DNA of 58,522 nt from Candidatus Levyibacteriota bacterium. GTDB taxonomy: Bacteria; Patescibacteriota; Microgenomatia; Levybacterales; UBA12049. The DNA is taken from contig JAJDCG010000002.1 in NCBI GenBank assembly GCA_029260965.1, positions 1 through 58,522 of the forward strand, written 5' to 3'. The notes beneath the pieces were generated by a model that searched no databases, was not told the origin of the DNA, and saw nothing but the letters and a program-made list of their open reading frames with translations. Positions 26,126-34,461 of this stretch are shown one piece after another (the stretch's first letter is position 1; every line of letters begins with the position of its first letter). A program made the position numbers and the translations under genes.

Positions 26126-26290
26126 GTTTGGTTCCCGCTAAACGAGCTGACTGCGATGAGCAGTACGGACAAAACCGTAAAATGTAATGAGTCCCGATGA
26201 ACAATCGGGAGAAACAAGGTGGTACCACGAGAAATCCTCGTCCTTGTCCCAAATCATTTATTTGATTGGGGATGAAGATGAGGTTTTTTT
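26126..26290 (+). ncRNA. T-box riboswitch (Pro-specific) with ultrashort Stem I
   Basis: T-box AAGG-TGGTACC-ACG (26216-26229). Antiterminator: ACGAG/CTCGT and AAGG/CCTT. Stem III: TCCCGAT/ATCGGGA. A competing 21-bp hairpin (26236-26283) is followed by T7. The mini stem GTTTGG-TTCCCG-CTAAAC carries CCC in its loop. Confidence 0.88.
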
Positions 26291-27997
26291 ATGAAATATT
26301 CACACCTTTTTGGAAAAACAATTAAAGATGTGCCAAAAGATACCAGTTTAACTTCACATAAATTGCTTTATCAAGCAGGATTTATAAGGGAAAGTACAGC
26401 AGGGCGATATTATTTCTTGCCTCTGGGACAAAGAGTTCAGCAGAAAATCATAAAAGTAGTCAAAGAAGAAATGGATCGCGCTGGAGCGCAGGAAATTGTG
26501 GCGCCAATTCTTCATCCGCTTCATTTGTGGCAGGAAACCAACCGTGATAAGGCCGACTTTGGCCTTTTGAAAATAAAGGATAGACGAGAGATGGAATTTG
26601 TTCTTGGCGGGACGGCTGAGGAAATGCTGGTTGATTTGGTGCGTAAGTTTCAAACTAGTTACAAAGACTTGCCTTTTCAACTTTATCAATTTGCATCCAA
26701 ATTCCGAGACGAGCTTCGTGCTCGGGGCGGACTCTTGAGGGTCCGTGAATTTATCATGAAGGATGGATATTCATTTCATGCCTCAGAGAATGATTTCAAG
26801 AAAGAATATAAAAAAATGTCAAAAACTTACACAAAAATATTTGAGCGAGTCGGACTTGAGACGTTCATGGTTGCTGCTGACAACGGCGATATAGGTGGGG
26901 AATATGCCCATGAATTTCAGGTAAAGTCAGGTGCAGGAGAAGATACCATTTTTTATGTTCCATCGAAAAAGCTTTATTTTAATAAGGAAATCGCACCAAC
27001 TATGGCAGCTCCGTTTGACCAGAAAGGCGAGGAGCCAAGACCAATGGAGGATGTTGTTGGAAAAGGAATTATCGGTGTTGAGGCATTAGCAAAATTCTTA
27101 AATATTCCAGTTGAGGCAACAACCAAAACACTTCTTTTTGAAACCGAAAAAGGTGATATTGTCGCAGCAGCAGTAAGAGGGGAATATGATATTGACGAAA
27201 CCAAGCTAAAAAGAGTAATTGGTTGTCAGAGCATTACGTTAATTACGCCTGAGAAGATTAAGGAGCTGACTGGAGCAGAGGTCGGATATGCAGGAATTCT
27301 TAATCTGCCAAAGCATGTAAAAATATTCATGGATGACTCGATGAAAGGAAGAGTAAATTTTGAGATGGGGTCAAATAAAACAGACATACATGTGATTAAT
27401 GTAAATTTTGGACGGGATTTAGAAATGCCTGAAAGATTTTATGATTTCAAAGAAACACGAGCAGGAGATTTTTATCCTGAGACAAAGGAAGCATATGAAA
27501 CTTTTCGTGGAATTGAAGTAGGAAATATTTTTCAGCTTGGTTATCACTATTCAAAAAAAATGAAGGGTGCTACTTTTATCGATGAAGAGGGTAATGAAAA
27601 GCCCTACTATATGGGTTGTTATGGAATAGGAATTGGGCGGACGCTGGCTGCGGTGGTTGAGATAAATCATGATGATAGGGGAATAATATGGCCTGATTCA
27701 ATTGCGCCGTATCAGGTGCATCTGATAGGAATTACGAATAATGAATCAAAAATTAGGCAAGAAGCAGATGAAATTTATGAGAAATTGCAGGATGCGGGAA
27801 TTGAAGTTTTATACGACGATCGGGAAGATGCATCAATTGGCAACAAATTTGCTGATGCTGATCTGATTGGAATCCCTGTGCGTTTGGTTGTCAGTAAAAA
27901 AACTGGGGACAAAATAGAGTGGAAAAAAAGAACAGAGAAGGAATCAGAATTGTTGAATTTTGACGAAGTGCTGGGAAGAATAAAGAAGCAAGGTTAA
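26291..27997 (+). CDS. proS: Proline--tRNA ligase (bacterial type with editing insertion)
   Basis: FRDELRARGGLLRVREFIMKD, GIEVGNIFQLG, MGCYGIG and an anticodon-binding domain (KFADADLIGIP). Confidence 0.98.
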   Translation: MKYSHLFGKTIKDVPKDTSLTSHKLLYQAGFIRESTAGRYYFLPLGQRVQQKIIKVVKEEMDRAGAQEIVAPILHPLHLWQETNRDKADFGLLKIKDRREMEFVLGGTAEEMLVDLVRKFQTSYKDLPFQLYQFASKFRDELRARGGLLRVREFIMKDGYSFHASENDFKKEYKKMSKTYTKIFERVGLETFMVAADNGDIGGEYAHEFQVKSGAGEDTIFYVPSKKLYFNKEIAPTMAAPFDQKGEEPRPMEDVVGKGIIGVEALAKFLNIPVEATTKTLLFETEKGDIVAAAVRGEYDIDETKLKRVIGCQSITLITPEKIKELTGAEVGYAGILNLPKHVKIFMDDSMKGRVNFEMGSNKTDIHVINVNFGRDLEMPERFYDFKETRAGDFYPETKEAYETFRGIEVGNIFQLGYHYSKKMKGATFIDEEGNEKPYYMGCYGIGIGRTLAAVVEINHDDRGIIWPDSIAPYQVHLIGITNNESKIRQEADEIYEKLQDAGIEVLYDDREDASIGNKFADADLIGIPVRLVVSKKTGDKIEWKKRTEKESELLNFDEVLGRIKKQG

Positions 27998-28113
27998 GAC
28001 GACTAACTGACTTACAGCTAAATAAAGACAGCGCATTTGGCCTTGATTTAATTGCAAATCCTAAGAACCCCAAGATGTAATGGTTTTATGAGTACAATTT
28101 GTCCAATTCTTTC

Positions 28114-28614
28114 TTAGAATGAAAGACCGGGGATTGAGAGGTCAAATATCCTCATCCAAAAAAATGCATAGACCAAGAAGAATACTGCAGATCCAAGGAT
28201 ATAAAAGATGCGAAGTAGTGTGTCATGACCTGATTTGGGCTGTACAACAACATTGTTTTCTGGAAGTGGTTCAGAAATAGTCACAGTTTGTGTTTGGGGA
28301 TCTCTTTCTTCAGACGTTTGCGTAGTGGGAGGCATGTTCCCATCAGGAGTTGAGCTTAGCTGTGTATTGTTATCTGAAACTCCTGCGGGATTTTGTATTT
28401 GAGCTTCGGTGTGTGGCTGGGTGGTGTCTGTTGTTGCCATATTTATGTCTTGAAGCGTACTTGTAGGCGTGCTTTGAGCGTGGCTTTGTTCAGCTTCGTC
28501 TTTCTCTCCTGGGGTTGCTGCTGGAGGAGTGGGGTTTGCAGGTTTGGCGCCCATCACTCTTTCGTAGGTCTCTTTTAATTTTGGGTCAAGATTGCTTAGT
28601 GTTTGTGGATCCAT
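28114..28614 (-). CDS. Hypothetical protein: short N-terminal helix, disordered T/Q/P-rich linker, C-terminal TM anchor
   Basis: MDPQTLSNLDPKLKETYERVMG...ILGSAVFFLVYAFFW. The start is taken at the internal ATG. Confidence 0.75.
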   Translation of the reverse strand: MDPQTLSNLDPKLKETYERVMGAKPANPTPPAATPGEKDEAEQSHAQSTPTSTLQDINMATTDTTQPHTEAQIQNPAGVSDNNTQLSSTPDGNMPPTTQTSEERDPQTQTVTISEPLPENNVVVQPKSGHDTLLRIFYILGSAVFFLVYAFFWMRIFDLSIPGLSF

Positions 28615-28782
28615 AGTAGGCTTAATTATATCTTCTTGGATTTGGGAAAGTTTGTCAAGTTCTGGTTTTGGATTTATTGATGTGAAATAATGCTGACATT
28701 TTTGAACTTGATATTCAAGATCGGGAATTTCATATTTTCCACGTAAATAAATCAAAATTATCAGTATGCTATACTACTTCTT

Positions 28783-29679
28783 GTGAAGATAATTGTGACA
28801 CATGTTTCTCCTGATTGGGATGCAATAGGTTCTGTTTGGGTTGCGAAGAAGTTTCTCCCTGGGTGGCAAGACGCAGAGGTTAGGTTTGTGCCTGCAGGGG
28901 ATCGCATAGGCAAAACCAAGGGTAAGGATGTCCAGGATCCTATAGAGATGATAGGTGAGGATGAAGTGATACAGGTTGATACCGGAATGGGCCCACTTGA
29001 CCATCATCAGACATCAGACCGTCAGGTTTGTGGCGCGTCTCGTACTTGGGATTTTGTAAGTTCTCAGCTTGAGGAAAAGGGACAGCATTTGACAGACATA
29101 CATAGAGAATCAGTTGATCGCATCATGAAAGTCATAACTGAGATCGATCACTTTAGAGAAGTTTTTTGGGCAGATCCAGCAGCGGATCAGTATGAGTTTT
29201 CATTGATCGGAGTTTTGGAAGGGCTCAAGTACGCAAAGCCCATGCAGGATGATTTTTATGTGAAGTTTGGGATTGAATGTCTGGATGCGCTTTTTCATGA
29301 ATTTGAAAGCAGAATTTGGGCAGAGCGGGAAATAAAAGAAAAAGGAATTGAGTTTGAAACGTCCAAGGGGCGCGCGCTTGGCGTAGAGACTATGAATGAG
29401 CAAGTTCTCAAACTTGGTCAAAAAATAGGTTATCAATTGGTGGTCAAAAAAGATCCTAGACGAGGTAATGTAGCAATCAAAACCCTTCCTGAAACGCCTG
29501 ATAATGAAGGAATAGATCTGACATCTGCACACGACCAGCTTTCCAAAATGGATCCTGATGCTACTTGGTATCTGCACGTTTCCAAAAAAATGTTACTAAA
29601 TGGTTCGTCCAAAAATCCCAAAATGAAACCAACCAAGTTGAAATTGGATGATATAATAAAAGTGTTGGAGAGAATTTAA
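28783..29679 (+). CDS. DHH-like phosphoesterase family protein
   Basis: THVSPDWDA, VDTG and DHH motifs. GTG start 7 nt after TGC-TATACT. Confidence 0.65.
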   Translation: MKIIVTHVSPDWDAIGSVWVAKKFLPGWQDAEVRFVPAGDRIGKTKGKDVQDPIEMIGEDEVIQVDTGMGPLDHHQTSDRQVCGASRTWDFVSSQLEEKGQHLTDIHRESVDRIMKVITEIDHFREVFWADPAADQYEFSLIGVLEGLKYAKPMQDDFYVKFGIECLDALFHEFESRIWAEREIKEKGIEFETSKGRALGVETMNEQVLKLGQKIGYQLVVKKDPRRGNVAIKTLPETPDNEGIDLTSAHDQLSKMDPDATWYLHVSKKMLLNGSSKNPKMKPTKLKLDDIIKVLERI

Positions 29680-29745
29680 TCAACTAATAAACAAATCATC
29701 CAATCAGCTAATAAAAAAGGAATTAGATGATTTGTTGATTTATTT
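29678..29745. repeat. Dispersed intergenic AATCA/TGATT repeat, copy c (imperfect hairpin)
   Basis: AATCAACTAATAAACAAATCATCCAATCAGCTAAT...AATTAGATGATTTGTTGATTTATTT. Confidence 0.75.
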
Positions 29746-30075
29746 ATGAATAATTGTGTCTTTTGTAAAATCGCAGAAAAAGAAATCCCTGCAAAATTTT
29801 TGTATGAAGACGAAGAGGTAATGGTATTTCCTGATATTCATCCCTCAGCTCCAATTCATTTATTGATTGTTCCAAAAGTACATGTTACAGAATTTCAGGC
29901 TGTTGAGGATTCTCTTCTTTTTCAAAAATTACTTCAAGTTGTCCAAAGCATGATAAAAAAAGAAGGATTGGGGGACAAACCGCACAGGATTGGAATTAAT
30001 GGCGGAGGAGCACAAGACATAGACCATCTCCACATCCACCTCCTGGGCCCGATTAAAAAGCCTTCTAATCCATAA
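29746..30075 (+). CDS. HIT family nucleotide hydrolase (Hint-like)
   Basis: CVFCKI, PIHLLIVPK and the histidine triad HLHIH. Confidence 0.93.
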   Translation: MNNCVFCKIAEKEIPAKFLYEDEEVMVFPDIHPSAPIHLLIVPKVHVTEFQAVEDSLLFQKLLQVVQSMIKKEGLGDKPHRIGINGGGAQDIDHLHIHLLGPIKKPSNP

Positions 30076-30076
30076 C

Positions 30077-30619
30077 TTATCTTTCTGAGATGCTAGGTTT
30101 GGGGTGAGCTCTGGAGTATCCAAGCAAAGGAATATCGAATTCATTCCTTATACTCATAACCGTTGAGGGTGTGTTGGTGCTCTGCCATGCTTGATCACCA
30201 TTATCCGATAATTCGCCAATTTTAATTGTTGATTTTGTCTCATTTGACGTATCTGAAGGGAAATAGATCGTCTCCATTATTTGTATTCTGTTGGGAAGGG
30301 ATGAAGTTTTATGAATAACAAGTTTCATATAGTCGGGATATTTGCCTTGCTGCATACCGCTTTTTGCCATGAAAGAGATATGGTGATTAACCCCTTTAAT
30401 TGTAACTGTAGTTTCGATACAAAGTTGATCCTTAGGTTTTTTTTGGCTTTCAGATTTTTCTATAAAATCATATTTTTCTCTAAATTGTTCCCCCTCGGGG
30501 GAATTACTGTAAGCTTCCCAAAAATCCAGAATCAGATTTCGGGCTACGAGGTCGACATCGCTTGGGCGGTATGGTTGTTCGATGCTGGGTTTTTTCCAGA
30601 GTGGAATTTCGGCTTTCAT
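30077..30619 (-). CDS. Hypothetical protein
   Basis: ORF with its own promoter (TTGCCA-N17-TAATAT) ending 7 nt before ATG 30619. Confidence 0.7.
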   Translation of the reverse strand: MKAEIPLWKKPSIEQPYRPSDVDLVARNLILDFWEAYSNSPEGEQFREKYDFIEKSESQKKPKDQLCIETTVTIKGVNHHISFMAKSGMQQGKYPDYMKLVIHKTSSLPNRIQIMETIYFPSDTSNETKSTIKIGELSDNGDQAWQSTNTPSTVMSIRNEFDIPLLGYSRAHPKPSISER

Positions 30620-30657
30620 GAAGGGGATATTAGCACAATTCAGGCCAAATGGCAATT

Positions 30658-30819
30658 TTAATTGCCTGGTAAAGAGTGTATTTCTGGGGAAAAGTTAAAC
30701 AGTGTATGTTCAGTGGGTTCGTTGTTTGGACCTTGTTGACTTGGCTCAGATGATGCACCCAAAGCTATTGCGTAAGCTGTTGCTGGATCTACTGGTCTTT
30801 TTGCTTCTGTAGAGCTCAT
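30658..30819 (-). CDS. Small hypothetical protein (53 aa, MSSTEAKRP...)
   Basis: Short ORF filling the gap before the divergent rpsU. No motif. Confidence 0.4.
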   Translation of the reverse strand: MSSTEAKRPVDPATAYAIALGASSEPSQQGPNNEPTEHTLFNFSPEIHSLPGN

Positions 30820-30914
30820 TAAGAAAATAATATCACAACTTTCCTGTTTACACAAGGCCGATTTTGAGGTAAAATATATACACAAATTTTAGAGATAGGA
30901 GGTGTTTTTAATTT

Positions 30915-31103
30915 ATGGTACATGTTAAAAAAATGCCAGGTCAGTCAGATGATCAGGTAATAAGAAATTTTTCAAGAAAAGTAATGGATGCAGGTATAGT
31001 ACAGGAGGCAAAAAGGCGAAAATTTTACCTCAAACCTTCGCTTGCTAAAAAACTCAAGAAAAAGATGAAGCAAGAAGAGGCCGCGAGAGTCAGACTTTTT
31101 TAA
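30915..31103 (+). CDS. rpsU: 30S ribosomal protein bS21
   Basis: VIRNFSRKV..AGIVQEAKRRKFYLKPS, with a strong SD (AGGAGGTG) upstream. Confidence 0.9.
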   Translation: MVHVKKMPGQSDDQVIRNFSRKVMDAGIVQEAKRRKFYLKPSLAKKLKKKMKQEEAARVRLF

Positions 31104-31489
31104 TGGAAAACGTAAATGTACTTATATACGTAGAGAGTAGATATAAATTAAACCGCAAGAAAGTTAAGTCTGCTATTTATTCCGTATGCGAACAGAATAA
31201 AATAACAACGCACGTGGAGGTGTCTGTTGCTGTGGTCGGGGACCGAAAGATGAAGTCTCTCAATAAAAAATATCGCAACAAAGACGGTACTGCAAATATC
31301 CTGACTTTTCCATTATCTGAGGGCGGTGCAACCCCGTCAATATCAGGTAAAGAAAAATTGGGGGATATTGTGATTTCTTATCCACAGGTTATCAGAGATG
31401 CTAGTCGTGAAGAAATGCTGGTTGATGAGAGAATTGAGCAGTTAGTCATACATGGGATGAATCACCTACTGGGTTTACACCATGAATAA
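31103..31489 (+). CDS. ybeY: rRNA maturation endoribonuclease YbeY
   Basis: LNKKYRNKD, ILTFP, LGDIVIS and HGMNHLLGLHH. Confidence 0.93.
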   Translation: MENVNVLIYVESRYKLNRKKVKSAIYSVCEQNKITTHVEVSVAVVGDRKMKSLNKKYRNKDGTANILTFPLSEGGATPSISGKEKLGDIVISYPQVIRDASREEMLVDERIEQLVIHGMNHLLGLHHE

Positions 31490-31566
31490 ATTTAAAATGC
31501 GAAAATCAAAATTTGAAATTGCAGGTAAAAAGGCAAAATTTTGATTATTTACTTTTAATTTTAGTT
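31488..31566. repeat. Degenerate heptamer array followed by an inverted array, between ybeY and dnaX
   Basis: AAATTTA AAATGCG AAAATCA AAATTTG AAATTGC ... TTTTGAT TATTTAC TTTTAAT TTTAG. Confidence 0.6.
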
Positions 31567-31570
31567 TATT

Positions 31571-33070
31571 ATGGTTTTCTATAGAAAATACAGGCCACAG
31601 AAAATAGCTGAACTAGACAGTATTTATATTCGAGAAACACTAGAATCTGTTTTGAGAAAAAATACTCCACACGCCTTTTTATTTACAGGACCAAAAGGTC
31701 TTGGTAAAACTTCTACAGCACGCATAATCGCAAAAGCAGTGAATTGTGAAGCACGCAGTACAAGTCAGATTGAACCTTGTAATAAGTGCGAACAATGTAA
31801 ATCCATAACAAATGGTACGAATATGGACGTGATTGAAATTGACGCAGCAAGCAATCGAGGTATTGATGAAATTCGTGAGTTAAAAGAAAAAATTAGATTA
31901 TCACCATTTTCTGCTAGGTGCAAAGTCTATATAATCGATGAGGTTCACATGCTTACAACTGAGGCATTTAATGCGCTTCTGAAAACACTTGAGGAACCGC
32001 CAGAACATGCGATGTTTATGCTTGCGACAACTGAGCCTCACAAGGTTCCACCTACGATCATTTCAAGATGTTTTCATCTCAGTTTCAATCGCGCAACAGA
32101 CAATGAGATAATTCATTCTTTGGAGAGAATTGCAAAGGGTGAGAAGCTTGATGTTGAAAAGGGTGTTTTTGCTCAAATTGCTGTTATGTCAGATGGTGGG
32201 TTCAGGGACGCTGCCAAAATAATGGAGGAGGTCTCAAGCAAATCAAATGGCAAAAAAATAACAACAGATTTTTTGGAAAAGAAATATCAAACATCTTCGG
32301 TTAAGGGTTTTGTGGTAGAGGTGCTGAAGTCAATTTCTGAGAAAGATCCTCAAAAAGGACTTTTAATTGTACAAGAGTTGGTGAAAAAAGGCATAAATAT
32401 AAAAAATTTTCTTGAGGAGTTGATGGCACATCTCCATAGCCAGATGCTTCATAAGGTAGGTGTGGAAAAAGACAACCGTGTTTATACTGATCTCGATTTG
32501 TCTCTGGATGAAATAGGGGCAATTATTGAGATTATGTCAAAAGCGTATCAGGAGACAAAGAGTGCTGTTATAGAAGAATTACCACTGGAGCTCGCGATTA
32601 TTGAACATGCCCAGAATAAGGCTGATAAAGAAAGTGTTAATACTGATGAGCAGTCAGACGAAGATGCTTTTGATGACGTAGCTGATTTAAGGAAGAAAAT
32701 TGGAAACATAGAAAGAGCAAGACAGCTCAATGGTACTGTGGGAAATAAAGAAAAAAAAGTTCTCAAAAAACCAATTATTTCTGAGGGAGTGAAGCTTACG
32801 AATCATGCTGCTGATGAGAAAAGTAAAGAATGGAAAGACAATCTTTGGAACACCCTTATTCAAGAAATGAAAAATCACAATCATACAGTGGCAGGACTCC
32901 TCAGGGGATGCACTCTCAAGAGTTATGATAATAAAGAGCTAGTGATTGAGACTTCTTTCAAATTCCACAAAGATAAATTAAATGATGTCAGAATAGCTGA
33001 ACAGTTGGCAGGAATATGCAAAATGCTAACTGGAAATAATGTTGATATTGTTGTAGAATTGAAAAAGTAA
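31571..33070 (+). CDS. dnaX: DNA polymerase III subunit gamma/tau
   Basis: YRKYRP, GPKGLGKTSTAR, CNKCEQC, EIDAASNRG and IIDEVHML. Confidence 0.97.
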   Translation: MVFYRKYRPQKIAELDSIYIRETLESVLRKNTPHAFLFTGPKGLGKTSTARIIAKAVNCEARSTSQIEPCNKCEQCKSITNGTNMDVIEIDAASNRGIDEIRELKEKIRLSPFSARCKVYIIDEVHMLTTEAFNALLKTLEEPPEHAMFMLATTEPHKVPPTIISRCFHLSFNRATDNEIIHSLERIAKGEKLDVEKGVFAQIAVMSDGGFRDAAKIMEEVSSKSNGKKITTDFLEKKYQTSSVKGFVVEVLKSISEKDPQKGLLIVQELVKKGINIKNFLEELMAHLHSQMLHKVGVEKDNRVYTDLDLSLDEIGAIIEIMSKAYQETKSAVIEELPLELAIIEHAQNKADKESVNTDEQSDEDAFDDVADLRKKIGNIERARQLNGTVGNKEKKVLKKPIISEGVKLTNHAADEKSKEWKDNLWNTLIQEMKNHNHTVAGLLRGCTLKSYDNKELVIETSFKFHKDKLNDVRIAEQLAGICKMLTGNNVDIVVELKK

Positions 33071-33092
33071 AGATTGGGGAGGTGATTTTATT

Positions 33093-33380
33093 ATGAATCC
33101 ATTTGGACAATTAGGTGAACTGAAAAAAATGCGGGATCAGGCAATGCAGATCCAAAAACAACTCAAAATGGAAGAGGTTGAGGTGAATAAGCATGGTGTA
33201 TATGTGCGTATTTCGGGAGATCAGGAAATTAGGGAGATAGTATCAAATGATAAATCAGATGAAGATATAAGAAAAGCGGTGAATGAAGCAGTAAAAGAAT
33301 CTCAAAAGGTAGCAGCTAAAAAAATGCAAAGTATGGCTGGGGGTATGGGAGGACTTGGAGGATTATTGGGAGGAAAGTAA
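33093..33380 (+). CDS. ybaB: YbaB/EbfC family nucleoid-associated protein
   Basis: Size, position in the dnaX-ybaB-recR context, and the Q..L......V.V.ISG pattern. Confidence 0.85.
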   Translation: MNPFGQLGELKKMRDQAMQIQKQLKMEEVEVNKHGVYVRISGDQEIREIVSNDKSDEDIRKAVNEAVKESQKVAAKKMQSMAGGMGGLGGLLGGK

Positions 33381-33385
33381 TAAAA

Positions 33386-33428
33386 TTTGATAATTAGTTG
33401 ATTGGGACTTAGATGATTTGTTGATTAT
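33386..33428. repeat. Dispersed intergenic AATCA/TGATT repeat, copy d
   Basis: TTTGATAATTAGTTGATTGGGACTTAGATGATTTGTTGATTAT. Confidence 0.7.
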
Positions 33429-33431
33429 AAA

Positions 33432-34424
33432 ATGGCTATTTCTAGAACATCACTTAGAAAAACTTTATCAAAATTTGTTGAAAATTCTGTTCTTTTGACA
33501 GGACGATCAAACCCGCAGCTTGCGCATGATATAGCAAAGCTTTTGCATCAGCAAATGTTTGAGCCGATTAGTAGTTTTGCTGATGGAGAGATACGGGTAA
33601 GAATACCGCAAAATATGCGTCGTCGTCATGTCTTCATAATTCAGCCTACATCAACACCAGTTAACGACAGCATCATGGAGCTCATCCTTATGATAGATGC
33701 AGCGAGAAGAGCAAGCGCCTCAGAGATTACTGTGATAATTCCTTATTTTGGCTATAGTAGGCAGGATAGAAAAGAGCGTTCCCGAGTTCCAATCAGTTCA
33801 TCTGCTGTAACCAATATGATCACCAATGCGGGTGCTTCACGTATCATAACACTTGATATTCACTCTGATCAGCAGCAGGGATTTACAACTATTCCCTGGG
33901 ATAATCTATATGGCAGTTATTCGCTTCTACCTGCAATTAAATCAGAAAAAATTTCAGATTTAGTCGTAGCCAGTCCAGACAAGGGTGGTCTTCTTCAGGC
34001 AACAAAATACGCAAAGCTTCTCAATGCATCAGGAGTCGCACTTGTTTACAAACAGCGTGATATAGAGGTAAATAATAAATCAGAGGCTATGGGCATGATA
34101 GGGAAGGTGAGAGACAAGAGGGTTATTTTGGTGGATGATATGCTCGATACGGGTGGTACCTTGGTAAAAGCAGCAAAGTATCTTTTGAATAAAGGAGCAC
34201 TTTCTGTCAGGGTTGCTGCTACTCATGGGTTATTTTCAGGAAATGCGCTTGCTATTATAAATAGTTCTGAAATTGAGGAGGTCATAGTTACTGATTCGGT
34301 AAGATTGAGACCTGAAGTTCTAAAGAATAAAAAGATAAAGGTCGTGACTGTTGCTCCCCTTCTTGCAAAGGCAGTTCATCACATTCAGACAGGAGAATCA
34401 TTCAGCAAAGACCTCATTCTTTGA
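33432..34424 (+). CDS. prs: Ribose-phosphate pyrophosphokinase, paralog 1
   Basis: FADGE, PYFGYSRQDRK, LDIHS, SPDKGG and VDDMLDTGGT. Confidence 0.95.
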   Translation: MAISRTSLRKTLSKFVENSVLLTGRSNPQLAHDIAKLLHQQMFEPISSFADGEIRVRIPQNMRRRHVFIIQPTSTPVNDSIMELILMIDAARRASASEITVIIPYFGYSRQDRKERSRVPISSSAVTNMITNAGASRIITLDIHSDQQQGFTTIPWDNLYGSYSLLPAIKSEKISDLVVASPDKGGLLQATKYAKLLNASGVALVYKQRDIEVNNKSEAMGMIGKVRDKRVILVDDMLDTGGTLVKAAKYLLNKGALSVRVAATHGLFSGNALAIINSSEIEEVIVTDSVRLRPEVLKNKKIKVVTVAPLLAKAVHHIQTGESFSKDLIL

Positions 34425-34461
34425 TTGCTCCATTAGGTTCTTTTTAGTACAATTGATAAGG

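Noticed and set aside
25626-26252. 208-aa minus-strand ORF
   Set aside because: It is an antisense shadow of the sigma gene 3' end and the T-box leader, with no motif or start context.
30077-30885. Frameshift or readthrough fusion of the two minus-strand ORFs
   Set aside because: The downstream ORF has its own good promoter spanning the junction, and there is no slippery site.
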